Source of the DNA: Candidatus Omnitrophota bacterium
GTDB lineage: Bacteria; Omnitrophota; Gorgyraeia; VGKN01
Assembly (NCBI GenBank): GCA_043800345.1
Contig: JAZDNB010000009.1
Location: 27,340 to 91,339, forward strand
Direction: 5' to 3'
Length of the DNA: 64,000 bases
Within the stretch, counting starts at the first letter, position 1; the number at the start of each line of letters is the position of its first letter. Positions 34,281-46,400 of the stretch are shown here, piece by piece. The position numbers were made by a program, and so were the translations under genes. The notes below the pieces were generated by a model, which was not told where the DNA came from, made no database searches, and saw only the letters and a program-made list of their open reading frames with translations.

Positions 34281-34297
34281 TTTTATATTGCGAAATA

Positions 34298-34326
34298 TTG
34301 AAAGTTATAGCAAAATAAGGTATAAT
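34298..34326 (+). promoter_or_regulatory. Sigma70-type promoter for giant gene 2: TTGAAA (34298-34303), 17-nt spacer, TATAAT (34321-34326)
   Basis: Consensus hexamers with optimal 17-nt spacing in a 146-bp AT-rich intergenic region. The ATG is at 34427. Confidence 0.55.
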
Positions 34327-34426
34327 TTAAGTATAACATATTTTAAACATTACTATTATGTAGTTTTAATTAACTTTTATAATTGCATAAATAATTATAC
34401 ATAAATTTAAAAGGTTAATCCTAGAT

Positions 34427-37400
34427 ATGATAGACTGGCAAACAGGAAATAAAAAATTTTGGATTCGCATAATAGCCATTATAATAGCCGAGGTTTTCTT
34501 TTTCACCGGTTTTGACCTTCCATGGGAAACTAATAGCCTGGCATACGCGGCCAGCGAAAAACTAGTTCCCCCCCTTAAGACCGATAAGGAAGGAACGGAT
34601 AGCAGAGAGGAAAATAGGGCAAATGTAATTAGTGCGTCTCTCCTTGTCTATTCGGAACTTTTCCCTCAATTATCCCCCCGCGAGATAATGCAGAAAGTTT
34701 CTAATGAACTGTGTTTTCCCATCACCTGGTACAATGCAATGGGTACCTTTCTGGAAGAGGAAAATGTTAACCCCCGCCATTATATTTTTGAAATTGGAAA
34801 TAAATATTATGAAGTAAAACTGGACATAGTAGAAAAAACCGTGATACAGCATCTAAGAGAGGTGCAACAAATAGTTATGGCACAAAAAATACAGCAAGGT
34901 GAATTTGTGTGTTTAGCTGATATTGTGCCTCAGGGATTGTTGACCGAAGCCAACCAAGGTAAGGCCAACATGAACATTTCCGAAGTAACCCTTCCGGAGG
35001 GAGTACACACTGTATTTAAAGTTGATGACGAAGGAAACATGAATATGGTATCGCAAGATGCGTTGCTAGAAGAAGCCAGAGAGGGCGTAGAATATAACAG
35101 CCTGTTTTTAAAAGTAGGTACGGTTGCCTATATAGTTTTATTAAGGGTCGGACTAGGTGCCGTAGGACCGGAGAATTTACCAAAAGAATTAGTAGAGATT
35201 ATCGGCACTAAAGCAGTAGAAGAATTATTGGCGTTAGATATGGCAAGACATGAAGAGCTTGGTTCGCTCGATGCTCCTTTCGTGCTTCGGTTCATGGATG
35301 TAACTGCTGCCTCTGAAACTCATTTTATGCTTGTAGAGAGCAAGGGAGGAGCGCTCCTGGATAATGAAGCGCGAAATATAACGGTGCTTGAAGTTGAAGC
35401 GGCGAATGTTGATTTTCCAGAATGGATGTGGCCGCGGCCTCACTCACCTCCGCAAGAGAACTCTTTTTTAGTCGCAGTTCTTCCTATCAAGCTTTCTATT
35501 GCCTCTACTACTACGGTAGCGGGTCTATCTGAAGATAAAGATTCAAGAAGAGAAACTGCGGGATTTCCTTCTCAAGATGAGGCCCTTCAACTTGTACAAG
35601 AAGCAAGTCAACATTTAAAAAGGGATGGTATAGTAGCGATTGGAAGTGACCCTTCCAGCATGACTTTTTTGGCGCCACAAGCTGTTGACTCAAAAGCCTC
35701 ACCGCTTCAAACCATACATCCTCAACAAACAAGCAGTGCTATTGTTAATGTTTCAAACACTGCGGCAGCAACTCCTGAGTTGCAGATAATAACCAGTACA
35801 ATAACGCCATCTCAGGAATTTACACCACCCACAGCCACCACAGCAGCCGTTTTCCCTGCAGGAACCACAACTCTTTCTTCTCGACTACCCACGGACATAG
35901 CCGGCACAGTAACATCATCGCAGGAATTTACAGAACCTGTCACTACAGTTCTATCTGCAATATCTCCTGAGGCATCAGTAGCTTCTCCCAAACCGCAAGT
36001 AGCAGTCACTTCAGTAACGCCGTCGCAGGAATTTGCAGCACCCATAGCCGTCGCAGGAGCTGTTATATCTGCAGAAACCACAACTATTTCTCCTGAACCG
36101 CGAGTAGTAGCTAGTACAATAGTACCATCGCAAGAATTTGCGAAGCCCACTGCTACAGTAGAAACCGTTATATCTCACACTATTCCTGTTCAAGCAATAT
36201 CTGTACCTCTAGGAGAAGGGGTAAGAGAGAGAGCTCAAAGAGCAATTACACCTTTAGCCGAGCGATATAGACGAGAGTCGCTAAAGATGCGCGAAAAATT
36301 GAATACATATACACCGCTTGAAAAGGTGTTGTCCGAAGAAATCCTGCCCGAACTAAAAAGATTATTTACACAATATCTTGAACATCCTGAGACTAGCAGG
36401 GAAAGTGGGCCTATTGCGGCGTTTCTTGTTTCTGGAGAAAGCGGAAGCGGGAAGACAACAAGTGTGAAACTAGCCAAAGAATTGTTTATTAAGGAATTAA
36501 CTGCTCTTGCCCTTAAAAAAGGCCGACAAATCGTAGAACCCGTTCTGCACTTACTTTTTGATGACTATATGTTACAGCAAGAAGATAGACCTATTGATCC
36601 CGCGACAGACAAAACTACAGAAAATCCACTTGAGAAATTTCAGATAGAAAGATTCCTGAAAGATTTGACAGCCCTCTTAAAAGGAAAAACAATCTATAAG
36701 CCCGTGTTTGATTCTGATACCAGAGGCCGTGTTAAGTTTGGATTAGATGATAGGGGGATATATGTGGTAAGCGGCTATGTTAAATTTGGTGATGAACGGA
36801 AAGAACTTAAATGTTATATAGAAGTAGATAGTCACACGCAAGTACCTTATCTTGTATTCGAAGGTAAACGATATACAGAGATGCCTTTTAGCTCAATCCC
36901 GATATCCGTTCGAAGGAATGAAAAAGGGAATATCGTTGTCAATATCAGGGGGAGCGATAATGTGATTATTAGTAATGAAGCAGGAGATATTTTTGTTTCT
37001 GCGGGTGATGTCAAGAGAACTCTCGAAAAAGAGAAACAATTAGAGGCGCTTGAAATAATATCACCCCAGGACAAGGTATTGATTATAGAGGGAATTTTGA
37101 CACTTTTTGATAAGGATTTGTGTGACAGATGCCTCACTATGGCGGTGAGAGGAGATTTTGATGCGCGCATACTACGCCAGCTTATCAGAGCGAGTAAAGA
37201 AACAGGACGTAAAACAAGTGACGAGGAATTTATTCGGCATCGTATCGAACTGGTAAATCAGGAAGAGGTTCCCTATGTTATTCCTACACTGAAAAATGCA
37301 CAATGGACTGTTACTACTCTCTCCCGCTCGGAGGCTATTTATGTTTTGTATAGGCATGGACAGCTAGAAAATCCTACTGCCAAGGTTCGCGGTGTCCTTA

Positions 37401-40400
37401 GACAATTAAGAATAGATCCTGCCGATTTAATGAAAGATTTACGGGATGTATATTTTGATGTGATTAAGGCCAGGTTAAGAACCGGGGGCGGTATAGAAAG
37501 CGAAACCACTGGCACTTCATTCAAGGTATTTATTGATACCGCAGGTCTGGTAATCAAGGTTCCTTTGGCGTCGTTTAGAAAAAAATTTGAAGATGAATTT
37601 ACCTCATTTTTCAATACCATTCTTAAAAAGAGGTTGGGCGGTATTATGGTACCGGGAGCTATAGTTAATTTAGGCACTGGCGGTTTGGGGCTTCATGTAA
37701 AACGATATGTAGGAAATGAAGAGAGGGAGCTGGAATGGGTTCTTATTCAGAATAGAGTAGAGCCACTGCGTACAAGGATTACAAGACTGGTTGCTCATGG
37801 TAACATAACCAAAGCCAAGCGGTTAATAGACCAGTATTTTGCACTTCAAAAAGAAATGTGGGCGCGGGGAGTTTTAGACACAGATCCAAAATTTATGGAA
37901 AAATACGGGCTCATGATTATTAACGGAGAAGAACGCTTGGTAGTGATCGGGGTAGACGGTTTGACTGCCAATGCCGATTTGTATGATCAGGAATTATATA
38001 GAAAAGATACTATACGTCCTGTTCATAAGAATCTCCCCTCTGTTGAACTTTTACAATATTATTACAAACAAGCAAACCAAATGCCATCTAAGGAAGATTT
38101 TATAGCGCGTCATTTTGAAACAAGAGAAGGAATGAAAAGAGCGCATACAGTGCCCGACATATCGGATATTGAAATAGCAAAGGAGCAAATGGGCCTTATT
38201 GTCTCAAGAGTAAAAGATGCTAAGATAAAAAGATTAAGAGAACTTTTTAGGACCATACGTTACGGCGCTGACAATCCATTTATTTACTGGGTGAAATTAT
38301 ATCTGGATACTATGTACGCCGATGCACCCCAATATAAAGTTGTAAATTCCCTCTACGAACAACTATTAAAATCTCCGAGTCTGATAGGGGCAGGACGTAT
38401 TGACGTTACATCGATAAGCGACTTAATTAAGGCTATGCCTCAGGCTGCTGAGTTGACCGCTTCTGAAATATACAATATTGCTGATGATATAAGTTCTTAC
38501 ACTCTGCTTCCAACAACAGAAAGTAAATCGGTAGCAAGCGCTCCTTCGTCCATCACAGCCGTCTCATGGCCTAATTTTATTGCGGGGGCATTAGCGGCAG
38601 GAATTATAATCATCCTGCAATATATGAATGTACTCCCTTACCAATATCTCGGCCTTATAAGCTTTATTTATTTTATTTCATTTTTGATTATCCACGAGCT
38701 TGGCCACTGGAAAGATACCGGATTTAGGAAATTTCCTCTCGGGGAACTTTTCAGTAAAGAAGGTATCTCCATACCGGGCTCGGAGGGCCTTTCGGGTATC
38801 AGGATTTCTTTTGCTTTCTTTATCGCCTCCATAGCGTTATTTGCGCTCTCTGCGATTTTCTTACCCCATTACGCAATATATCTTCTGCCCGCCGTTATCA
38901 TAAATTTTATCTATGCTGCTTCAATAGGAGATTGGAAAGATACACTGGCTAAAGTTCGGTTATCAGAACTCCAAAAGGGTACGGTAACCGCAGAAGAAGA
39001 TATTACCTTTTCAATAACAAGGGATTTTGCACAGAAATTTGTGCAAGGTGTCTATGATAATCTTGTGCCCGATGTTCTTAAACGCGTACGGGAAGGCGCA
39101 AGATTAAAACCGAGCATAAAAGAGGACGTGTTTAGTATCAATCCGATGGATGTCTCGGAGAATAGGCGTCTTATGAACAAGGCGCTTGATGATCTAATTG
39201 AGCATGAAGGGGACAGTGTTGAATTTACCATCCTTATGGGAGGACTGGCATCCCGCATGAGGAAAGAGCCTCCCGGAGAGCCTACTCAGGCATTGTTGCG
39301 GGATTATGTAACATGGTTATATAGCCAAGGGTTTGACCCCTTCGCATGGCTTCAGGAACGTTTGGGTATCTCGATAGATAAAAACGATATTAATGCACTG
39401 GCCTTAAATTATCCCACGAAAGGCATAATGCCTGTCGGCGTAGACGGGGAAGGCAGGTTTATCACCAAGGTCGGGGAATTTGCTATCGGTATTCGCAGGT
39501 TACAGGAACTTGTGAATGAAGAACGCAGAAGGCGCGGTAAGGCCGGGAACCCTATTAAATTCAAGATTATTTTAGCCGGAAACGAAGAGGCATATGATGC
39601 GGTTATGGATTGGGACCTTAGGGTCAATAATTACTATGGCCTTGAGCCCGGTCAATTTGAGCCTGCCAATGAGGTATTAGGGCGTTCTTTCGTATCCACG
39701 CCGGAATATGTGATGCGATATGCAGAAAATTTTGGCGGCCGTGACAGCGAAAGGTTTAAAAAAGCCATGCAGGCCGCAGAAGAGAGAAAAGGGGAGGTAC
39801 TTCCGGAGCTGACACCCTGGGGTCATGCTGAGTTTTTAATTCAGACCATCTCAAGCGGCCGCATTATAGAAAAAGCGAGGCGCGGTGCCTTTGCAAACTT
39901 TGTGCGCAATGTTGATAATAGCGGTGCAAAGATTGACTGGATGTGGCTTGTGGAATACGGAAAGGCCCTTGAGGCTCGCGAGCAGGGCAAGGAAATCGGC
40001 TTGGCCCTTGAAGTGAGCCAGCGTCCGCAGGGCGCAAGCGGAAAAGGCGGAGGATATTTTAAACTCGAAAAAGATGGGGAAACCCGCGATATTGTCCTTG
40101 AAGATTCGATATTGCAGATGGTGCGGAAGAATATCCGTCAGAGCGATTGTGCGCAGCTTGAAGAGAGAGGGTTTCATGTTGTTGTCGTTAGGGAGTATGA
40201 TTCAAAAATTATACCGAAGCTTGAGACACAAAAAGCTATGGTGCTTGATGCTTCCCAAGAACTTATTGACCTTCTTCCGGAAGAGATTATAACTACTCGC
40301 GGTACGCGATTAACTAAAGATAAAGTTTTAGAATGGATAAAAGAATACGGGAACACGCTCCCGCTCAACAAACGGCTTGAGATTTATTATAACCCGCAGA

Positions 40401-43400
40401 CAAAAGAAGTTGTGGCATATGAACAGCTGGTAGACCGCAGCTCATATTATGTAAATAATGCGGTAGGCACACTCTTCTGGGATGTTATATTAAAAGATAT
40501 TTTTGGATCATCGGTTGAAGAAATACTTGCGCTGGAGTCTCTTCCTGCGCAAAAGCAAAGGGAAGAGCTGCACAGAATAGCGGAACAGGGCCGTGTTAAA
40601 GCAAATCTTATTTTTGAACCCAAACCGCGCGTTACCGAAGACGAGGTAATCCCCATTATCCGCCCGGAAGGCAATATGTGGGACCTCTTAAAAGCAGTGC
40701 GGACGCTGGTGATAGGAGTAGAGTCGACCGAATCAGCGGCGCGCTCTATTGCTATGGATCCGGAAAATTCCAGGAGTTATGAAGAACAGACCCGTTTTGC
40801 GCCTGTCAAAAGCTGGCTGGATTCTGACCTGTATGCAAAAGATCTCAATAAGACCATCCTTGATTATATGCTTTACGGAGATATTTTCAATCCTGCTTCG
40901 GCCCTGCCCTATCCCCGTAAGGCTCAGGAAATGAGCATAGCGGAACTTTTAGTGGAATATCTTCACAAGGTTCCAGGTTCGGAACATTATTTTGATCACC
41001 CTCTTATGCGCGAAAATTTAATCTCTTATTTAGACGGCAGTCCGCACATCGCCGTTCCTTTAGCGTCTACTTCTGAAAAAATCAAGGTATATGCGGTTCG
41101 TGCAGACATGGGGGTTATTCTTATTGCGCTCAATCTCGGAGAATTTACATATCCGGATCCGCGCGACGGCCGCCAGAAGGCATGGACCTCGCTTTACGGA
41201 AGGAAGAGCATTGAAACAGTGTTGGGCAGAGAGTCATTGGATGAATTGGGAAGCGTTTACCAGGCACAGGATGTTGTTACCTCAGAGGTTTATAGAAGGT
41301 ATACCGTCGCCGATTTAGTAAGAGACGGTCTTGATATCGGAATACCGGAACCCGGTATTCATATAGTACGTTTGACTCCCACAGGCCAGATCAATGAAGG
41401 CGTTGTTCAACCGGTTCCCAGCGAAGATTTTTCTGATATCCTTGCCCTTGCCGTAAAAGGGGCAGTAGCCGGAGAGTTGACGGCAGCCGAGAAGATAGGC
41501 CAAGAAATTTTGAGATTATCCGAAGAAAATCCCGCTCTGCTTAAGACAAAACTGCAGGAGATTACCCGCCTTAGCCCGGAACGTGCGCAGGAAAAATTCG
41601 GATCTGACGGAATATGTGCGGTTATGGCATTAATAGCCACAGTTATACCCGACTTATTGATTGATATGAAGGATTGGAATAGAGAAACATATGATGCCCT
41701 GAGCGATATAGTTACCTATAAAGACAATGCCGATTTATTCAGAGAAGGAAAACTTACTATCCACCTGACAGATCGCAAAACTGCCCTTGTGATTTCCAAG
41801 TCATTTAAAGACAGGCGTCTTTTTATCCCCATACACTTTGCATCGCGTCCTTATCGCCTTACTGACGGTAAAGCATGGTTTAGGATATTGGATCTGGACT
41901 CGGTAGGCGTGTATTCAGACAGGACGTGTTACAGGGTCTATGATTATACGCTTATGCACGAAGAAGGGAAAAGAGGCGGTTTTTATGCTACAGAACATGT
42001 CGGTGAAGATCTTGTCGAGAACGGCTGGGCAATAGGAGTTCCCGTGATTAATGTCGGGACAAAGACAGAGCAGAATGCCCCGCTTCGTTTCCAGATTTTA
42101 GAACTTTACAGGGTGAGTATTGATACGACGTTGACTGGTCCTAGAATTATGGCCGAGATAGTATCTTCTGCTAGCATGCTTACACAAGGGAGAACGTTAA
42201 GAGATGTATTACACAAAATCTCTTCCGTTATTTCCAGATTACAAGTTAGTATCAGTAATCCAAAGACATTACGTAAGCTCTTCTTCTTGCTGGTAATAAG
42301 TGGTTTTGTTTTATTCTTATTAACGGGATGTGCTCCGACCCCGACCGTTAGCGAGAAACCGTTTCTTTTAACACTCATGGAAAATACTGTTAAACTAGCG
42401 CTGTATCTTATTGCAATTGCTGTCGCTGTCTTTGCCGTGATTATTTATGCTATTAGCGGGTTAATAAGCGAAATTATACGTCTCTTTGTAAGAAGAATTA
42501 TGCCCCTATTGCGATCTAGCATTAAAAAACAATCTCCCCATATAGATGTTACAGGACCTCCGCTTCCTTCAGGCCCATTATTTGAAAGATTGTGGGAAGG
42601 AATAGGAGAGTTAACCCCTGACTGGGAAAGAATGACTCTCGTAGCCAATGTGGTACTTGAGCTTATGCAGGCTCGGGAAGAACCGGTGGCACTCGATGAT
42701 CTTTTAGGCCCGTGCCTTGCCCTCCTTAGTGCACATGGTTTTTTTGACACCCCTGTTAAGGTCAGTGAATTATTACATCGCCTGGTAGCGTGCGGTGCGC
42801 TCAGGGAAGAAGGCGGAAGATATGCACTGGCATTACCGGCGCGCATAGTTGCGGTTAAGACAGATAATGTGTATTACATACTAAAAGATATTAAAACTGC
42901 ATTGGACAATATACGAGGCAGAAAACAGGAGGCCTCGGTTAATTTAGAAAATATTATCAGAGAGTATGCGCAGGCAGCTGAATTATGGCCTATGTATCCG
43001 CTAGAGAATCGTTGGCCTATTTTAAGAGCGGTGGCCCTGCTTGATAAAGCTGACCAAAAGCTTTTGATACGCTTCCTTAAATCAAAACCGTCATTACAGA
43101 AATATTACCTTGTCGATTCAATACTGCTTATGTGTAAGGAATTGTCGAAAAATTGGCTTAAGACCCAGGCTTCTCATTTGATAGGACGTACTGTTTACTA
43201 TATAACCAGCGAGTGCTGGCATCTTGCAGGGGGGCTTGGCCGCGTATCGCAATATCATACTGCGGCAATGAAGCAATTGGTCGGAAACAATGCACAAGTT
43301 GCCACAATAGAGCCGTACTATCGTTATAGGCTTAATAAGAGCGGTGAATTAGAAGAAATTGATTACGGTAGTTTACCAATACCCGTTGAGGATCTTCGAG

Positions 43401-46400
43401 CAGAGCCTATTTTTGAATATGAAGTAACCGTCAAAGGAAAACAGGTTACTGCGCAGGTTTTTAAGGGAAAAAATAAGTTAGGTCTAGAGGTTTATTTGAT
43501 AAGAGACAAGGAAGACTATTATACGCGGATGCTCTATAGATATAGTCAATATGGTACGGCAAGCTGGGAAGAATTTTCCGAGTTCATATCCAGAGCCTCG
43601 CTGGAACTAGTAGAGCGGTTAGAATCCGAAAACAAAAAGAAAATGGGAAACAACTGGAAGGCGCCCGTGGTCATTGCAAACGACGGACAACTGGGGGTCT
43701 TTCCTCTTTTCAGGCGTATGCATTATGCCGCAAGCGAGATATTTGGCAATATCCTCGTTTGGTTTGTTACGCATACGTATAAAAATAGGGGTGTTTTTGA
43801 AGGCCGTGATGCAACCGGCCTGGGCTTAAATAATGCGGATAGGGCAAGTACGGTGAGTGCCGTAATCAGAGATGATGTTGCGCCGCGCGATCCGCAGGTA
43901 GCATTAACAGCAGTAACAAACGGCGATAATAGGGAATATTCGGCAAAGGTATTCAGGGAGATATTGCTTGGTTTATTCCCCGATGCGGATGTAGAAGAGC
44001 CTACTATAGAACAGATAATAGCCGCAAAACAGGAAGCCAAGCGCAGGTTAAATCTAAATCCCGACCAGATTGTAATCTCGTATTCCGGCAGGCTTGTTGA
44101 AGAAAAGGCGGGACGTAAAAGGGCATTTACAGATTCCAATATACTGGATTGGGTCAAAGCAGGGGCGCAGGTGATTATCTATGGTAATGTGCAGGCGCAC
44201 ACACAGGCTATGTACGATGATCTGAAAGCACTTGAGGCAAGATTAAATACAGCAGGTTATCCCGGGAAACTTATCGTAATGACGGGTTGGGGCATTACCG
44301 AACAGCTTGATTTATTAGCGGCAACCGATATCCAGGTCCAGGATTCTGACCGTGCGACAGGGGCCTCTGAATATACCGAGGCAGATATCTCGGCTAACGG
44401 AGGACTGCAATTTGGTCCGCCCTGGCTTGAGGGAATCATACAGCGCCAGGGTGTTGTCTTAAACCGGAATGTTGCCGGTTGGGGTAACACGATAATTCCG
44501 AGGGATTATTCACCCGAAGCATATTTGGAAGCGCTTATGTGGGCAGTGAGCACTTTTAAAGAAAATCGTGAAAAATTTGCCGCATACCAGGCTACCTCGG
44601 TAAGGTTAAGCCGCATATTGGAGGCATTATTAACGGGCGCGGAATATCTAAGACAGTGTGATAGGGCAGTGCGCCTAAAAGAAAACCCGCTTGAGCTCTT
44701 GACAGATTTTATTAAAGGAGACAGGGATGTTGAAAGGTATTTAGGGACCGAACGTACAAAAGCAGATTTAGTGGGCTATTTAGACGCTAATGCCTCGGCA
44801 ACACCCAGGGAATTTCATGAAAAAGAAACTGCGATTTTCCCGCTCAAATCCATGGCAGAAAAAATCAAACTATATGCCGTGAAACTTTCGGGAGAAGTTT
44901 TTATCGTTGCCGTTAATACGGGAGAATTCCAATATCAGGGTCAGAAGATAAAAAAGGCATGGAGCCTACTTTATTCTACGCAGAGCCTTGAAGCACTCTT
45001 AGGAGGGGAGGATATCTATGAGCTCTTTAACGTATATCAGGTCGAAGATGCGGTATCTACCGTAGGCGAGCTTTATGGGCGCTATGCGGTATGGGAATTA
45101 TTAGACCGCGGCCTGTCTATCGGTGTACCTGAGCCGGGGCTGCAGATTCTGAGGCTAAGAAGAACCGAAGAAGTAAGAAAAATGCCGAAAAAAGAAATTG
45201 TAAAACAGAATATCCCGAATATGATAGCAGCCGCAATCAACGAAGAGATTATAGAAGGAACCAGCTCGCCTGCGGAATTGTTAACCCATATCATCCCGCA
45301 GTATGTCAACCGTCCGGATGAACTAAAAGATATACTGAGAGAAATTTCCGGCCTTGCCCTTGATGATGCGCGTGCGATGTTTTCCGAAGAGGGGATTCCC
45401 GCAGTTATGGCATTTGTCGGTTTTCTCGTTCCGGAACTTCTTGAGGAGATGAAGGACTGGAATAGCGAGGTCTATAGTATGCTTGATTCGGCGATAAATA
45501 ACGGATTAAACCGGGATTTATTCAGGGAAGGAGAAATCGGATTTCACAAGGCAGACAGAAACACTGCCCTTGTGCTTTCGAGGACTCTTAACGGCCGTCG
45601 CATATTTGTCCCCATCCATTTTGCGAAAAAACCGTATGATGAAGCAGAAGGCAAGGTGCGCTTTAAAGTAGACGGAATGGGTGCGTTGGGTTATGAAGGG
45701 CAAGCTACCCATACGATATTTGACCATATCATGCGATCCTTTTATCCTCCACTATATACCGGTGATGATTTAGCGCGCGGATGGAGGATAGATATTCCCG
45801 TGGTTTCAGGCAAGAAAGATACCAATGGTTTTATTCAGCACGGATGGCGTTTTCAGATTTTGGAAATAGACGCACCCGTGAGTGCGTGGGATATTGTTGA
45901 TCAATTAGGCGAGAGTGCCGCGTCAGCATTAGAATATTTCATTACACCAAGGCAGGCGAAAGACAATAAAACTATTTGTCAGATTGCAACGAGGTTTGTC
46001 GGGCCGTGGGATGAAATAGAGACAAAGATACTTTCCGAGGTAGAAACATTGGGGCTGCCTAAAAATGCCCTTGTACATCTTGTGGGCGCGCTTCCCGTTG
46101 GAATGATGAGCCACAAGTTGAATGATTTCCAGATACCTCATGATGGCAGGGCGACAGGTTTATATTGGTTGGACGTAGAGGGTAAAGGCAAGGTCGTTAT
46201 TAAAAATCCGTATAACGGCCAAAACGGCATGACTGCTTCAATGTTTTCCATTACTGATCCGGCAGGGAACAAGGGTAAGATAGCGTCCATCGCTGCAAAA
46301 TTACATGAGGCAGGGTATCGGGCAGTAATTGATTTTGCCGGTCATGTGGCGGTTGACAGTCCGATTGTTTTCGAACATCCGGATTGGTTTAAGCCATATT

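Noticed and set aside
34281-34426. A single frameshifted mega-gene spanning both giant ORFs
   Set aside because: Gene 1 ends at a clean TAA. The gap holds a consensus promoter and an RBS. Gene 2 begins with a typical signal-anchor N-terminus. These are two genes, not one gene broken by a sequencing error.
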